Shown here: piece by piece, positions 8,135 to 18,470 of the stretch
Layout of the letters: every line of letters begins with the position of its first letter
How positions within the stretch are numbered: position 1 is the stretch's first letter
Source of the DNA: a virus
DNA: 39,490 nucleotides
Reading direction: 5' to 3' (one strand)
UHGV virus genome: UHGV-0154499
Notes under the pieces: model-generated
The model's database searches: none
Seen by the model: the letters and a program-made list of their open reading frames with translations, nothing else
Told to the model about the DNA's origin: nothing
Translations under genes and position numbers: made by a program

Positions 8135-10651
8135 TTACCTCTGTTTTGTTGCATTCCAGATAATGCCTCCGGGCCGGACCTCTCTGGTGATACCTTCCCT
8201 GATGGAACTGTTGATCACCTGCTGATAGGCTTTCCCCAGCGCATCGCCGCTTCCTTTCTGTTGACCGGAATCCCCCTGGCCTGTTGTCACCGAAACCGGC
8301 GCATACACGCTGACGCCAAAAGGAGAAGCAACGCCACCGCCACTCACGCCGACCAGACCACCAGTCGCATAACCGCGCATCATGCGATAAAGGTTGCCGA
8401 CACCTATTCGGTTGGTGGCCTCCTGCGTAAAGACAAACTCGCCACGGTGCACCACACCTGCTGGCTCATACTTGCCGCCGGATCCGGTATAACCACCGCC
8501 AGCAAAACCCAGCGCTGACGTGGCAGAACTGACCAGGCCAGCCATGGCCTGCTTCATCAGGATCTGCGTCAGCATCGACAACGTTGAACGGGTGAAATCT
8601 GCCCAGTTTGCTTTCCCTGTCGTCAGCATATCGGCCATATTCTGGCTGATACCATCGAATGTGGCTGAAGCAGCGGACTTCATCGAACCATAGGCATCAG
8701 CTGCTGAATCGGCATAGTCAGCCCACGCTGATTTCGCCCCGGCCTGCCAGTTGCCGCGGAGCTCGTCCTGTGCGGCATAATATTTCTTCAGTGCATCCAG
8801 TTCGTTCTGATAACCCTGATCGGTGTCCGTACCGCCGGCATTCATCCAGCCCTGCCGCAGCTGTGCTTCTTCGTTTTGCCGCTGTGCGCCGCGACTGCTC
8901 ATGCTTCCCCCGGCCACAAGCGCCCGGGTTTTCTCCCCAATCTGGGTAACGTACTTCTGCGAGCTGTCCTGCAGGCGGTTTAACCGTTCCTGGGCAACAA
9001 TCTGATCGCCCAGCCGGGCATTCACTTCGGCCCGCGCCAGTACCTCGTCTTTGTTCGCCAGCACCGATTTTTCATCGGCGGTCAGCGCGCGCTTTTTGGC
9101 GGCTTCTTCCAGCACCGAAAAGCGGGATTGTTGTTTCCACAATTCCTGCCGCTGCTGGCTGATGGTATCCGTGATGCTCTTATGCTCCTGCAGGGTGCGT
9201 AACTGAGCCTCCAGCTCCAGCGTCTGCGCGCTGGCAGTATCGACACTTTTTACACCTGCAGGTGTTTTTACCGCTGAAGGGGCTTTGGGTTTCTTCAGCG
9301 AGTCGTCGTATTCTTTTTTCGCAGCTTCCAGATTGATGTTGTAATCAGCCTGGAGGATCCGTCCGTCTTTAAGCGCCTTGTTCAGTTCATTCTGACGGGC
9401 CGTGTACTTCTCCAGCGCAGTCTGCGTCTTTGCATAATTCGACTGCGCCTGCGCGGCATACTTCTGGCGGTCAGATTCAATCACCGCCTCGCGGGCGGCG
9501 TTATCCTCAGTGGCCTTTGCCACACTGGCCTGCTGCTGCGCCATTTCCAGTGCAAGGCGGGCAGACTCCCGATCGTTCCAGTAGCTGGCACGCGCATCAT
9601 CATTGACATAACCATCACCTTTACGCAGATTCCAGATTTCATCCGCCCGCTTAAAGGCCGCTTCCGCTTTGGCTACCATCTCCTGCGTGGTGTCAGGCCG
9701 CCCGATATCGAGCGCCGCATCCCACATCGATTTAAAGGCACGCTTCAGGCTGTCGGCAGCAGACTCAATCGACCCCATATTGTCGCGCAGGCTCTTTGTC
9801 TGCTCACGAAAACCGTTCGTCGCCGCATCATTAGCTGCCTGCAGTGCCTCGGCTTCATCCCCGGCACGCTGCAGCTGCGCCACATAAGCAATCTGTTCCG
9901 CTGTGACGTTGTGGAACTGCTGCGCCATGGCAATCAGACCAGAGGTCGGATCGTTCGTCAGTTTGCCGAATGCCGCCGCCACCTTATCGACCGGCACACC
10001 CGACGCATCGGTGAATTTCGCTACCGCCTGACTCATCTCATCGAACCGGGCACCGGCACGCACTCCGGCGTTGACAAGCTCTGTCAGCGCGCTGCTGGTC
10101 TGGTTAAACGTGAGTCCAGCCTGTTCGCCGGATTTCGCCAGCACCAGCATGCGGTTTGAGGTCAGTCCGGCAGTATTACCGGACAGAACCAGCGTTTTAT
10201 TAAAATCAGACAGCGTGGACGATCCCTGATACCAGGCGTAAACCACCGCGCCGGTGGCGGCTGCCAGCGCGCCAACCCCCACCATCACCGGCGATATGGT
10301 GCCCAGCAGCGCGCGGAAGGTCGGAATGATACCGCCGAAGGAGTCTTTCACCTGACCGCCCTGCTGCAGCAGGATAAGCCACGGACTCTGCCCGCCGGCC
10401 AGCTGTGTTGCAACATCCGTGAATTGCGCAGGCAGCATTCTCATCGCATTACTGTACTGCCCAATTGATAAACCCGCTTTCTTGGCGGCCAGCTCCTGAC
10501 GGGATAACGACTGCTGCACCTTCAGCGCAGAGTCGTTCGCCGCGTCACCCGTCTGCTTAAACTGCCGTTTTACGTACTCCATCTGCTCGTTGAACTTTGA
10601 CGAATTAACGTCAAGGTTAACGACCAGGTCACCCACTGCCGTCTGGGCCAT
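8135..10651 (-). CDS. H: Tail tape measure protein H
   Basis: 838-841 aa; coiled-coil-rich centre and glycine-rich C-terminus; N-terminus MAQTAVGDLVV aligns with lambda gpH MAEPVGDLVV, so the start is probably the ATG at 10651 rather than 10660. Confidence 0.9.
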   Translation of the reverse strand: MAQTAVGDLVVNLDVNSSKFNEQMEYVKRQFKQTGDAANDSALKVQQSLSRQELAAKKAGLSIGQYSNAMRMLPAQFTDVATQLAGGQSPWLILLQQGGQVKDSFGGIIPTFRALLGTISPVMVGVGALAAATGAVVYAWYQGSSTLSDFNKTLVLSGNTAGLTSNRMLVLAKSGEQAGLTFNQTSSALTELVNAGVRAGARFDEMSQAVAKFTDASGVPVDKVAAAFGKLTNDPTSGLIAMAQQFHNVTAEQIAYVAQLQRAGDEAEALQAANDAATNGFREQTKSLRDNMGSIESAADSLKRAFKSMWDAALDIGRPDTTQEMVAKAEAAFKRADEIWNLRKGDGYVNDDARASYWNDRESARLALEMAQQQASVAKATEDNAAREAVIESDRQKYAAQAQSNYAKTQTALEKYTARQNELNKALKDGRILQADYNINLEAAKKEYDDSLKKPKAPSAVKTPAGVKSVDTASAQTLELEAQLRTLQEHKSITDTISQQRQELWKQQSRFSVLEEAAKKRALTADEKSVLANKDEVLARAEVNARLGDQIVAQERLNRLQDSSQKYVTQIGEKTRALVAGGSMSSRGAQRQNEEAQLRQGWMNAGGTDTDQGYQNELDALKKYYAAQDELRGNWQAGAKSAWADYADSAADAYGSMKSAASATFDGISQNMADMLTTGKANWADFTRSTLSMLTQILMKQAMAGLVSSATSALGFAGGGYTGSGGKYEPAGVVHRGEFVFTQEATNRIGVGNLYRMMRGYATGGLVGVSGGGVASPFGVSVYAPVSVTTGQGDSGQQKGSGDALGKAYQQVINSSIREGITREVRPGGIIWNATKQR

Positions 10652-10994
10652 AGCGAACACCTCCTGAAATGCCCTCGGCCTTTGCCATCAGCACAGCGTC
10701 ACCGGGTTCATCGTCGGCAATATCCTCCGCAGAAGGTGAAAGCAGGCTGAAGCTGGCAGGGGTTGATGTGGTTTTGGGGTCAAGCGCGGTAATGACGATA
10801 TGCATCAGCGAGGAAAAATGCGCATCCAGTTGCACATCATTAAAAAAATTGTCCTGGTAGAACGTTCGCCAGTCGGCGTATTCCGTTGACGACATACCAG
10901 CAAGCATGGCGCGCCAGTCCGGGCGGCGAAATTCACGCGCCAGTTTCAGGACGAATGTCAGCTCACTGGCGAGGACTTTTCCAGACTGATCGGC
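10629..10994 (-). CDS. T: Tail assembly chaperone T frame, expressed as a G-T fusion by programmed -1 frameshift
   Basis: The -1 frame is open from about 10994 and overlaps the 3' end of G; translation (MLAGMSSTEYADW...PASFSLLSPSAEDIADDEPGD) matches lambda gpT; an A-rich slippery stretch CTGGAAAAG sits in the overlap. Confidence 0.75.
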   Translation of the reverse strand, partial: ADQSGKVLASELTFVLKLAREFRRPDWRAMLAGMSSTEYADWRTFYQDNFFNDVQLDAHFSSLMHIVITALDPKTTSTPASFSLLSPSAEDIADDEPGDAVLMAKAEGISGGVRYGPDGSG

Positions 10995-11365
10995 TCAGTC
11001 ACAGCTACATCCTCCGGATCATTTGCTTCCTGCAGCGGCACCATGCCGGACAGCAGCTTCACGCTGTACTCTGCAGCGGAAACAATCTCCAGCGGCCAGG
11101 TCATCAGCACTTCATTCTGGATCTGCTCAACGTCTTCTTTCGGCGTTTTGTGCGTCCCTTTCAGGGGATGTCCATGCCATAAAGACATGGCCACCAGCAG
11201 TGCGCCGGATTTAATCGTCATATCCATCGCCGCCTGCATGTCGGCATCGGTGATACTTTCCAGCGTCTTCAGGTGTTCAAGATGCTCAATACGCTGCAGC
11301 GCCGACAGTTCGTAGAGCGTGACGGTCTTACCGTTGCGTTCGAACGGCTCACTTTTTAAAAACAT
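10958..11365 (-). CDS. G: Tail assembly chaperone G
   Basis: MFLKSEPFERNGKTVTLYELSALQRIEHLEHL matches lambda gpG (MFLKTESFEHNGVTVTLSELSALQRIEHL). Confidence 0.9.
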   Translation of the reverse strand: MFLKSEPFERNGKTVTLYELSALQRIEHLEHLKTLESITDADMQAAMDMTIKSGALLVAMSLWHGHPLKGTHKTPKEDVEQIQNEVLMTWPLEIVSAAEYSVKLLSGMVPLQEANDPEDVAVTEPISLEKSSPVS

Positions 11366-11402
11366 GGGTTACTCCAGAAAGCGGGGCCACAAGCCCCGGA
11401 GG

Positions 11403-12140
11403 TCAGGAAATGGTGACTTTACAGGTCGCGACAAACAGCCCGTCGTTGGTCATCACGATAATGTCGGCGGTTCCGGCGGCAATGCCGGTTACCGTCAGCA
11501 CCGTACCGGCGACAGTCACCGTGGCTTTACCTGCATCCGTGGTGGTGGCCCGGAAAGATTGATCACTCGCGCTGGCTGGCGCCACGGTGACATTCAGCGT
11601 GGTGGTGGCAGCAACTGCAACGGTGGTGGTCGATTTATCCAGGCTGACGCCGGTTACGTCTATCACTGCAGCAGCGCTGTCTTCAGCAAGACCTGGCTTG
11701 CCGTTGTTACTGATTTTGACAGAACGGGTAATGGTGTCTTTTGCCGTCACCGTTTTACCCAGGCTGCTTACCCAGCCACGGAATACATCGATGGCGCCAT
11801 TCGGGTATTTGATTTTGTACGCCAGCACGGTACCGTCATCAAACCAGCGAACCAGATCCTGCTGCCCGCTCTCGGCAGGTTTCCAGGCCAGCGTAAAACT
11901 GGCCTCCCCCGCCGATTTCTGTCCCTGCGCGGTAGCAGTCCAGTCGGCATCATCGTCATCCAGATAGGTATCATCGTTTGATTCGGCAGTCAGTTCACCG
12001 GGCTGCAGATCTTTAATCTTTGCCAGGCGCGTCCAGTCAACATCCGATAATGGGTTGGCGAAGGCGTTACCCGATCCGGAATAAATCCAGAGCGTGGTGG
12101 TGGCACCCTTTACCGGCGCCAGTGGGTTTGGTGTTGTCAT
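11403..12140 (-). CDS. V: Major tail protein V
   Basis: Near-identity of recalled lambda gpV motifs (LSDVDWTRLAKIKDL, SFTLAW, VFRGWVSSLGKTVTAK); C-terminal Ig-like domain. Confidence 0.93.
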   Translation of the reverse strand: MTTPNPLAPVKGATTTLWIYSGSGNAFANPLSDVDWTRLAKIKDLQPGELTAESNDDTYLDDDDADWTATAQGQKSAGEASFTLAWKPAESGQQDLVRWFDDGTVLAYKIKYPNGAIDVFRGWVSSLGKTVTAKDTITRSVKISNNGKPGLAEDSAAAVIDVTGVSLDKSTTTVAVAATTTLNVTVAPASASDQSFRATTTDAGKATVTVAGTVLTVTGIAAGTADIIVMTNDGLFVATCKVTIS

Positions 12141-12147
12141 TACGTCC

Positions 12148-12546
12148 TCACATTTCGTAAGTAATGGAATATTTCAGATCAGCCGAACTCCACAGCCCAA
12201 GATCGTCATCGCGCTGGTAGTCATATCCCTGCTGCACCATGTTAGTGATCAACGCGGAAAGTTCTGGCACATTGCCAAGCACCGGATAAATACGTGACTC
12301 CATCCAGTCATCGAGCTCGGAATCGGGTACCTGCGCTGGTAAAAATATTTCGATATGCAGCGTGGCCTGCCAGATATCAGCATCCAGTTCTTCTCCGGTA
12401 TACCCTGCATCCGTCAGGAAGACAGCGACCGCCGGAAAATCCCCCTCCTCCAGTACCGCTGGACGTCCGTCAAAATAGAGTGCGCCTTTACCAATATGGC
12501 TCTCCAGCGCATCAATAATGGCCTTTCTAATATCAGTGTGTTTCAT
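12148..12546 (-). CDS. U: Tail terminator protein U
   Basis: MKHTDIRKAIIDALE...FDGRPAVLEEGDFPAVAV matches lambda gpU. Confidence 0.92.
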   Translation of the reverse strand: MKHTDIRKAIIDALESHIGKGALYFDGRPAVLEEGDFPAVAVFLTDAGYTGEELDADIWQATLHIEIFLPAQVPDSELDDWMESRIYPVLGNVPELSALITNMVQQGYDYQRDDDLGLWSSADLKYSITYEM

Positions 12547-13097
12547 CGTTTCAGAATCATCCTGAGTTGGTTTTTAAGGGATGCCCGAAGTTCTTTAGGC
12601 ATATCCGATTCCATGAGCTTCGGCAGCTCATCTTTAAATGCGGTCGTCAGTGGCGCTGCCAGTGGAATGCTGACCACTTCGATCGGATAGCGGGGTCTGG
12701 ATGTCCGTCGCATCACATGCCAGCGACCATTTTCCAGTTGTTGAATAAAGGCCCCGGGGAAACGAAAAGGGCCAATACGCAACACACTATTGGCCCCTTT
12801 TTTGTCCCGTTTTCTGCGGGATAACCGTACGCTGGCGGTACCGAGCTTTATCGCGGGCAGATTGCCCCGGTTCACGCGGATCATTGCCATCGGCTTTTTC
12901 GCCGTGGCGCGTTTTATCCTCGCGCGTTGTTTTACCAACTTGCGTGGCACCCGTGTATCTTTCGAGACAACGGCAACGCTTCGGCTGACAGCCCGGGTGG
13001 CGACACGGTTAACAGCCTGCGCCGAGGCCCGCGGAACCGCCGTATTGCTGATGCTGTTCAGGTTTGATATAGCCTGTTCAAGCCCTTTTAAAGACAT
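12543..13097 (-). CDS. Z: Tail completion protein Z
   Basis: Lambda gpZ-like (LKGLEQAISNL...IPGAFIQQLENGRWHVM); 4-nt overlap with U. Confidence 0.9.
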   Translation of the reverse strand: MSLKGLEQAISNLNSISNTAVPRASAQAVNRVATRAVSRSVAVVSKDTRVPRKLVKQRARIKRATAKKPMAMIRVNRGNLPAIKLGTASVRLSRRKRDKKGANSVLRIGPFRFPGAFIQQLENGRWHVMRRTSRPRYPIEVVSIPLAAPLTTAFKDELPKLMESDMPKELRASLKNQLRMILKR

Positions 13098-13106
13098 AGT
13101 TTTCCC

Positions 13107-13460
13107 TTAACGGCGCCGGGTCGCTGCGGGAGGAGAACCCGTACCAAGCCAGATATGGCAGGAGCCACAGTCATCAGGACCAATACGATCAACCCAGAAA
13201 GGTTTTCCGTTAATATCCAGCGTGTCCAGCCGCGCCAGTTGCCCAATCGTTGCTGATTTCACAAACAACGACGGGCTGGTCCCCTCGACACGGATGCCGG
13301 GTGTGGCGTAACCGATATTTTCCGGATCATCGAAAACACCACTCAACGTGACGCCAGAAATCGCGCCGGACGTTACCGTTGCAGAAGTCCCCATAACCTG
13401 CCGAATAGTGTCATCGGCCTGTGTTATTGCAGCATCAAAAAGGTTATCGAAATCAGCCAC
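13107..13460 (-). CDS. FII: Head-tail joining protein FII
   Basis: MADFDNLFDAAI...GVFDDPENIGYA is close to lambda gpFII; 117 aa. Confidence 0.92.
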   Translation of the reverse strand: MADFDNLFDAAITQADDTIRQVMGTSATVTSGAISGVTLSGVFDDPENIGYATPGIRVEGTSPSLFVKSATIGQLARLDTLDINGKPFWVDRIGPDDCGSCHIWLGTGSPPAATRRR

Positions 13461-13471
13461 ACAGCCCCCTG

Positions 13472-13876
13472 CTAGTACTCGCGGACCAGTCCGAGTGCAA
13501 CCAGGCTGTCCGCATCCGCTTGTGTCACGCGGATCACGGTACCCGCTTCCACAATAGATACCCGTTCATCGCGGGTCGCGTGCAGCGCCTCAATGTGCAG
13601 CGTGGCCAGCGTTTCGACGGCCATCAGCGCGCTATCTGTTCTGCCGCTTAACACAGTATCCACTGGCGGCACGGGTTCTGCGGCGCCGGTGGATGCACTA
13701 CCATCACTTACGCCACCATTTTCAACACTATCGGTATCAGTGCCGTCATTCAGTTCTTCCTCCAGCTCTGCAATGCGCATAGAGAGCTCCTGAATGGTGC
13801 CACTGGTATTCACTTCCCGACCAAGCTGCGCGCCAAGCTCATTAAGCCGCGCAATCAACTTTTCTTTTTCTGTCAT
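13472..13876 (-). CDS. FI: DNA packaging protein FI
   Basis: Size, position and N-terminal coiled-coil as lambda gpFI. Confidence 0.85.
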   Translation of the reverse strand: MTEKEKLIARLNELGAQLGREVNTSGTIQELSMRIAELEEELNDGTDTDSVENGGVSDGSASTGAAEPVPPVDTVLSGRTDSALMAVETLATLHIEALHATRDERVSIVEAGTVIRVTQADADSLVALGLVREY

Positions 13877-13921
13877 AAGAACAACTCCGGAACAGGGCCC
13901 CGCAGGGCCACAGAATGGACA

Positions 13922-14947
13922 TCAGGCGAGTTTGACAGACACGAACGCATCCGGGTCAGCCAGCAGCATCAGTGGTGCAGACTGGATCATGGTGAACTCA
14001 CGCGCCGGATCGCCTGTCTGTACCCAGTTTTTCGGATAACGCGTGGAAGCGTTAATGCCTTCACGCTGGGCATCAACATCCTGAATGCAGCCGTAGGTGC
14101 GCAAACCGCGCGCCTGGGTATTACCCAGCACCATGCTCAAATCCGGCAGGTAGTTCTTTTTGGTGTCGTCTTCAATGTATTGCCCGGAGTAAACGACAAT
14201 GGCCACATCGCCATACATTCCCTTATAGGAGACCGCTTCACCCAGATCTTTCAGCGCCGTTTCCAGTTCAGAGTTAGAACCGCGACGGGTGTCGAGCTTC
14301 TCTTTTACCGCTTTGAATGAACGGAACAACGCCCAGCCCTTCGGATCAAAGACGATAATATTGACCACGCCGCTGGCGTTCAGCGCATAGGTTTCAATAT
14401 CGTCAGTGGGGTCATAGGTTTCTTTGTCGCGGGTGCTCCATGCCGCAGCACCTGCCTGGATGATGTTGTTTCCGGCACTACGTCCCATATCCACCTCAAC
14501 CGGTTCAAACGCTTCGCCGGTCATGGTGTATTTACCGTTGAGAACAGCAGCCACAGCCTGTTTCTCTTCCACCTGGGCAATCGCCAGTTCTTCATCCTTC
14601 ATGTTCTGCAGGATAATGCGACGGCGGCGGTAGGCCGGGTCAGCCAGATTTTGCGGGTCTTCATCCGGCAGGCGGCGCAGCGTCATCTGCGGGTTTACCT
14701 CGTGCTTGGGCTTGACGTAACCCGGCGTAAACTCTGACGTTGTGCCACCACGGGAGCGGATAACCTTGCCGGAAATAACCGGCGAGACGTACAGCGCCAT
14801 GTTAACCATGCCCGGGATTTGCGACAGATACACCTTCTCGGTGCTGAAGGGGTAGCTTTCACGGAAGAAGATACGCAGGAAAAGCGGATCGAATTTGAAT
14901 TTCTTCTCATTGACCGCCAGTAGTTGGGCAGTTGTGTAAATTGACAT
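13922..14947 (-). CDS. E: Major capsid protein E
   Basis: From the internal ATG (MSIYTTAQLLAVNEKKFKFDPLFLRIFFRESYPF...) the sequence is near-identical to recalled lambda gpE (341 aa); the track ORF is extended upstream into D. Confidence 0.95.
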   Translation of the reverse strand: MSIYTTAQLLAVNEKKFKFDPLFLRIFFRESYPFSTEKVYLSQIPGMVNMALYVSPVISGKVIRSRGGTTSEFTPGYVKPKHEVNPQMTLRRLPDEDPQNLADPAYRRRRIILQNMKDEELAIAQVEEKQAVAAVLNGKYTMTGEAFEPVEVDMGRSAGNNIIQAGAAAWSTRDKETYDPTDDIETYALNASGVVNIIVFDPKGWALFRSFKAVKEKLDTRRGSNSELETALKDLGEAVSYKGMYGDVAIVVYSGQYIEDDTKKNYLPDLSMVLGNTQARGLRTYGCIQDVDAQREGINASTRYPKNWVQTGDPAREFTMIQSAPLMLLADPDAFVSVKLA

Positions 14948-15014
14948 AGATTTTCCCCGTAAAAAAAGCCGCGATGGCGGCTTCTGTGGATGATGGTGAC
15001 TGTTAAGTAGGATG

Positions 15015-15347
15015 TCAGACGATGCTGATGGCTGTACCCGTGAACGCGTTGCGCTTGATGTGTTCATCCGTCACCGCATCCGGCCAGAGCACATCTTCAA
15101 TACGGAAAGAGCCGGACTTATAGAACGCCAGCTCGGCGCTGATCTGGTCGGCGGAAACAGCCAGAATGCCACAGGCAGCCCCCGCATGCTGGCCATCCCA
15201 GACAGTCAGCTTGCCGGAAGTGGCATCCAGCATCAGAGGCGTCATCGCCGGTACTGCTTTCGTCAGTTCACCGGGTGCATAACCGGTATGCGCCGGATCA
15301 CTGTTCCCGAGGGGCTGATTGTGAGTAAATTGTTCAGTGTTAGACAT
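15015..15347 (-). CDS. D: Capsid decoration protein D
   Basis: 110 aa; GNSDPAHTG...AMTPLMLD matches lambda gpD. Confidence 0.93.
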   Translation of the reverse strand: MSNTEQFTHNQPLGNSDPAHTGYAPGELTKAVPAMTPLMLDATSGKLTVWDGQHAGAACGILAVSADQISAELAFYKSGSFRIEDVLWPDAVTDEHIKRNAFTGTAISIV

Positions 15348-15356
15348 GTTGACCTC

Positions 15357-16694
15357 TTAAACAGGCGTATTTAACAAATCGTCACCCGCCTCAGCAGAAG
15401 CGTTACCTGCCGTTACGGTGCCGGGTGCGGTTTCCATCAGACGATCCAGCGCGGTATCCGTACGCGCCTGAGCACTCTGAGGAGCCGCGGCAAGGATGCG
15501 CTGGGCACATTCCACCGTCATCCCCGGCGTTTCTGCCAGCGCGCGTGCCTGTGATTCACGCCCTTTCGCTTCTTCACAGTTCAGGATCCCCATAATGCGA
15601 CCGTTTTCGGCTGCGACCGCCGCTGCCACCTGGCTGCTGATATCAACAGTTGCGCCCGCGGCAGGGTCAGTAACGACCACAGCAGGCGCGTCAACGGTGG
15701 CCACGGTCTGGTTAGCAGATGCTGCTGGTTGAGTGGTATCTGCGGATGCAGTAGTACCTTTCATGCTTCCTCCTAGGGAAATCATCGTTCGTTTATTAAT
15801 TGCATCGCGCATAACGTTCAGCGCATCCATGTTGTTGACCAGCTGCTCCGCCAGGCCGTTGTCTACTGATTCCTGGCCTGAAAACACAGCCGCTTCAGTA
15901 TCAAGAACGGCCTGAACCGACATGCCGGTATAACCCGCCACCTTTTCAGCGAACATCTGCCGGGTAGCGTCAATACGCGCCTGAAAATCTGCACGTACCT
16001 CTTGGGGTAATTTCTCGTAGGGGTTCCCATCCACCTTGTGATCGCCGCTGTAAATCAACGTGACCTCAACACCGCTGGTTTTAAGGGCGGCACCGTAATT
16101 GCTGTGGGCCATCATGACCCCGATGGATCCCGTTCTGGCCGTCTGGGTCACAAGCCGACGTGATGCCGCACTGGCAATCAGTTGGCCAGCGCTGCAGTTC
16201 ATATCGTTGGCTAACGCCCAGATGGGTTTGATATCCCGCATGCGGGCGATGATGTCCGCACAGTCAAAGGCACCCGCCACCATTCCACCTGGCGTATCCA
16301 TATCCAGAAGAATGCCGTCTACACCCGGATCGCTGATGGCCTGCTGGAGGCGGGCGATAATGCCGTTGTACCCCGTCATCCCCGAATACGGCTGGAGTGA
16401 GCGGGTTTTACTGACCAGCGTACCGGAAACAGGCAGCACCGCGATACCATCAGTGACCTGGTAGCTTCGCGCCGGCTTTGGCCCCATTTCCTTATCATCA
16501 CCAAAGAGTGCCAGCGGTTCAGCCATCTGCTCTGCGCCAAGCGTAACGCCCGACACGGTGTCGGTCAGACGGGTGATACCTAACTGACCAGCGAGCGCGC
16601 AAAAGAAAACCCGCGCATAGGCGGGTTCAAGTAAAAGCGGCTCATTGAAGGCCATACTGGCAATGTGCGGGAGATTACGCAGCTCTGGCGTCAT
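15357..16694 (-). CDS. C: Prohead protease/scaffold C (with nested Nu3-like scaffold region)
   Basis: [37 protein letters not shown] matches lambda gpC (ClpP/S49-like); start set at MTPELRNL. Confidence 0.92.
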   Translation of the reverse strand: MTPELRNLPHIASMAFNEPLLLEPAYARVFFCALAGQLGITRLTDTVSGVTLGAEQMAEPLALFGDDKEMGPKPARSYQVTDGIAVLPVSGTLVSKTRSLQPYSGMTGYNGIIARLQQAISDPGVDGILLDMDTPGGMVAGAFDCADIIARMRDIKPIWALANDMNCSAGQLIASAASRRLVTQTARTGSIGVMMAHSNYGAALKTSGVEVTLIYSGDHKVDGNPYEKLPQEVRADFQARIDATRQMFAEKVAGYTGMSVQAVLDTEAAVFSGQESVDNGLAEQLVNNMDALNVMRDAINKRTMISLGGSMKGTTASADTTQPAASANQTVATVDAPAVVVTDPAAGATVDISSQVAAAVAAENGRIMGILNCEEAKGRESQARALAETPGMTVECAQRILAAAPQSAQARTDTALDRLMETAPGTVTAGNASAEAGDDLLNTPV

Positions 16695-18267
16695 CGGCCC
16701 CCTCCTCATTCGATTTTTTCAGTCCAGACTCAAAGGCCGAAGCCGCCCACGCTGGCGGTTTAAGTCCCGCTGCGCGGCGCTCCATCGTTTCGCGAACCTG
16801 CTGGGCAAAGATTTCCTGATAATCTTCCCCGCGTTTGGCGCATTCCTTCTCATAGGTGCTTAGTCCCGCCTCAATGAGCATGACAGCCTCCTGCACCTCC
16901 TTCAGACCGTCAATGGCCATTCTCCCGGAGCCGATCCAGTCAGCATTTCCCCAGGCGCTTCTCGCCTCCTGAAAACTGAATCGGGCTTTAGACGGTAGTG
17001 TCACCACCCGGCGAACAATGGCCTCTTCCAGCCAGCATAAAAACATCTGACAGGCCTGGCGGGAGGCAACAAATTTGCGGCGCCCCATAAAGTACGCCCA
17101 GGACTCGTTAGCACTGGCGCGGGCGGTGGAATAACTCATCTGCGAATAATTGCGAGAGAGTTGCTCATACGAAACACCCAGCCCTGCAGCAATGTAGCGC
17201 AGCAGAGATTGTTCAAACGTCGAATAGCCGTTATCAGTATCCTGCGCTGACTGAAGATTCAGGGAGTCGCCCGGCATCAGATGCGGTACCTTCGCGCCGC
17301 CGAGACGAACCGGCGCCGCGGAATAGTACGAGGCCATCTCCCCCAGCCAGCCAGTCATCTTGCTTTGCTGCTCTTTACTGTCTGAGCCGAGAATAAAGTC
17401 CATCGCGGTTTGCGTATCCAGCTCACTTTCGATCGTAGCGGCATACATCGCCTTGACAATCGCGCTCTGGAGCTGCGTATTCTGCAGTGTATCGAGCATT
17501 TTCATTTGCTCCATGACGCTGTAAAACACGTTAGCACCGCGTGTCTGCCCATCTTCCAGGGGTTCAAATACGTGGATAAAGGAAGGCCGCCCGCCTGGCA
17601 GCTCACGCGGGATGTAGGTCCACTTCTGCGCCATCCACCCCGGATAGCCATCTTCGCTGACGTAATATCCCAGCGCGGCGCCACTGTCATTTGTTCTGAC
17701 ACCTGCCCGACAGTTTCGCGTGTCTCCGGCGTTATTGGGGTTGCTGATGCGTTTTGGGCTAACCATTTTGAACTGTGTGCGGAAAAGACGCGTGGAATCA
17801 CTGTCCCAGGTGGCCTGTGCACATAACTCACCGTTAAACGCATGCATGGAAACACCCTCGCGGATCATCATGGTGAATGTACGCTTACGTTCCGCATCAA
17901 TGCAGCAGCAATCATCCTCCGCAAATTCTTTCCAGGCCGCCTCAACTTCACGGGAGAACGCCCGGGCCTCTTCCTCTCCAATGCCCAGAAAACGCCAGCT
18001 GGGGCGATAACTGAGCCGGAAAAACGATCCGACAATGTGGTCCTGATGGAGCTGTACCGCGTTTGCCGCATAACCGTTATTGCGGACCAGATCGTCAGCG
18101 CGCGCGTTACCACGGGAAAAATTAGGCAATAACGCAGCATCTGCGCTTTCACTCGGTGGATTCCAGGCGCGGAGCTGACCGCCAAAGCCACCAGCACCGC
18201 CATGATATCCGGCATAATCCCGCAGAGCGGTTTTACCGTCCGGTCCTAACAAAGCAGGTGTTTTCAT
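16675..18267 (-). CDS. B: Portal protein B
   Basis: 530 aa, lambda gpB-like over the full length ([19 protein letters not shown]...). Confidence 0.95.
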   Translation of the reverse strand: MKTPALLGPDGKTALRDYAGYHGGAGGFGGQLRAWNPPSESADAALLPNFSRGNARADDLVRNNGYAANAVQLHQDHIVGSFFRLSYRPSWRFLGIGEEEARAFSREVEAAWKEFAEDDCCCIDAERKRTFTMMIREGVSMHAFNGELCAQATWDSDSTRLFRTQFKMVSPKRISNPNNAGDTRNCRAGVRTNDSGAALGYYVSEDGYPGWMAQKWTYIPRELPGGRPSFIHVFEPLEDGQTRGANVFYSVMEQMKMLDTLQNTQLQSAIVKAMYAATIESELDTQTAMDFILGSDSKEQQSKMTGWLGEMASYYSAAPVRLGGAKVPHLMPGDSLNLQSAQDTDNGYSTFEQSLLRYIAAGLGVSYEQLSRNYSQMSYSTARASANESWAYFMGRRKFVASRQACQMFLCWLEEAIVRRVVTLPSKARFSFQEARSAWGNADWIGSGRMAIDGLKEVQEAVMLIEAGLSTYEKECAKRGEDYQEIFAQQVRETMERRAAGLKPPAWAASAFESGLKKSNEEGADDARAA

Positions 18268-18470
18268 GCGTAAAATCCTGCCGGTCCCCGGCGTCGTGGA
18301 GTGGTGCCAACCTGTGACTCAAGTTCGGCAATGTATTTCTTCAGGTCACTGACTGAAGTCGCAGTGAACTCAACCCGCCGGCCGTCTTTTTGCACCGTTG
18401 CCACCCGCTTTCCCATCATGAGGTCATGCAACGCAGCACGGGCGGCATCCAGATCAGTCTGTGTCGCCAT
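18264..18470 (-). CDS. W: Head-tail joining protein W
   Basis: 68 aa; [31 protein letters not shown] matches lambda gpW. Confidence 0.93.
   Translation of the reverse strand: MATQTDLDAARAALHDLMMGKRVATVQKDGRRVEFTATSVSDLKKYIAELESQVGTTPRRRGPAGFYA

Noticed and set aside
8117-9005. Plus-strand ORFs of 133, 96 and 60 aa
   Set aside because: Antisense to the tape measure gene H; Arg/Ser/Pro-rich shadow ORFs.
11319-11981. Plus-strand 220-aa ORF and overlapping 126-aa ORF
   Set aside because: Antisense to major tail gene V and to G; glycine/arginine-rich translation typical of shadow frames.
13922-15067. 381-aa extended form of the capsid ORF
   Set aside because: The N-terminal 40 residues overlap gene D; the lambda E homologue starts at the internal ATG at 14947.
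17410-18215. Several 96-138-aa ORFs on both strands
   Set aside because: All lie within the portal gene B in other frames or antisense.
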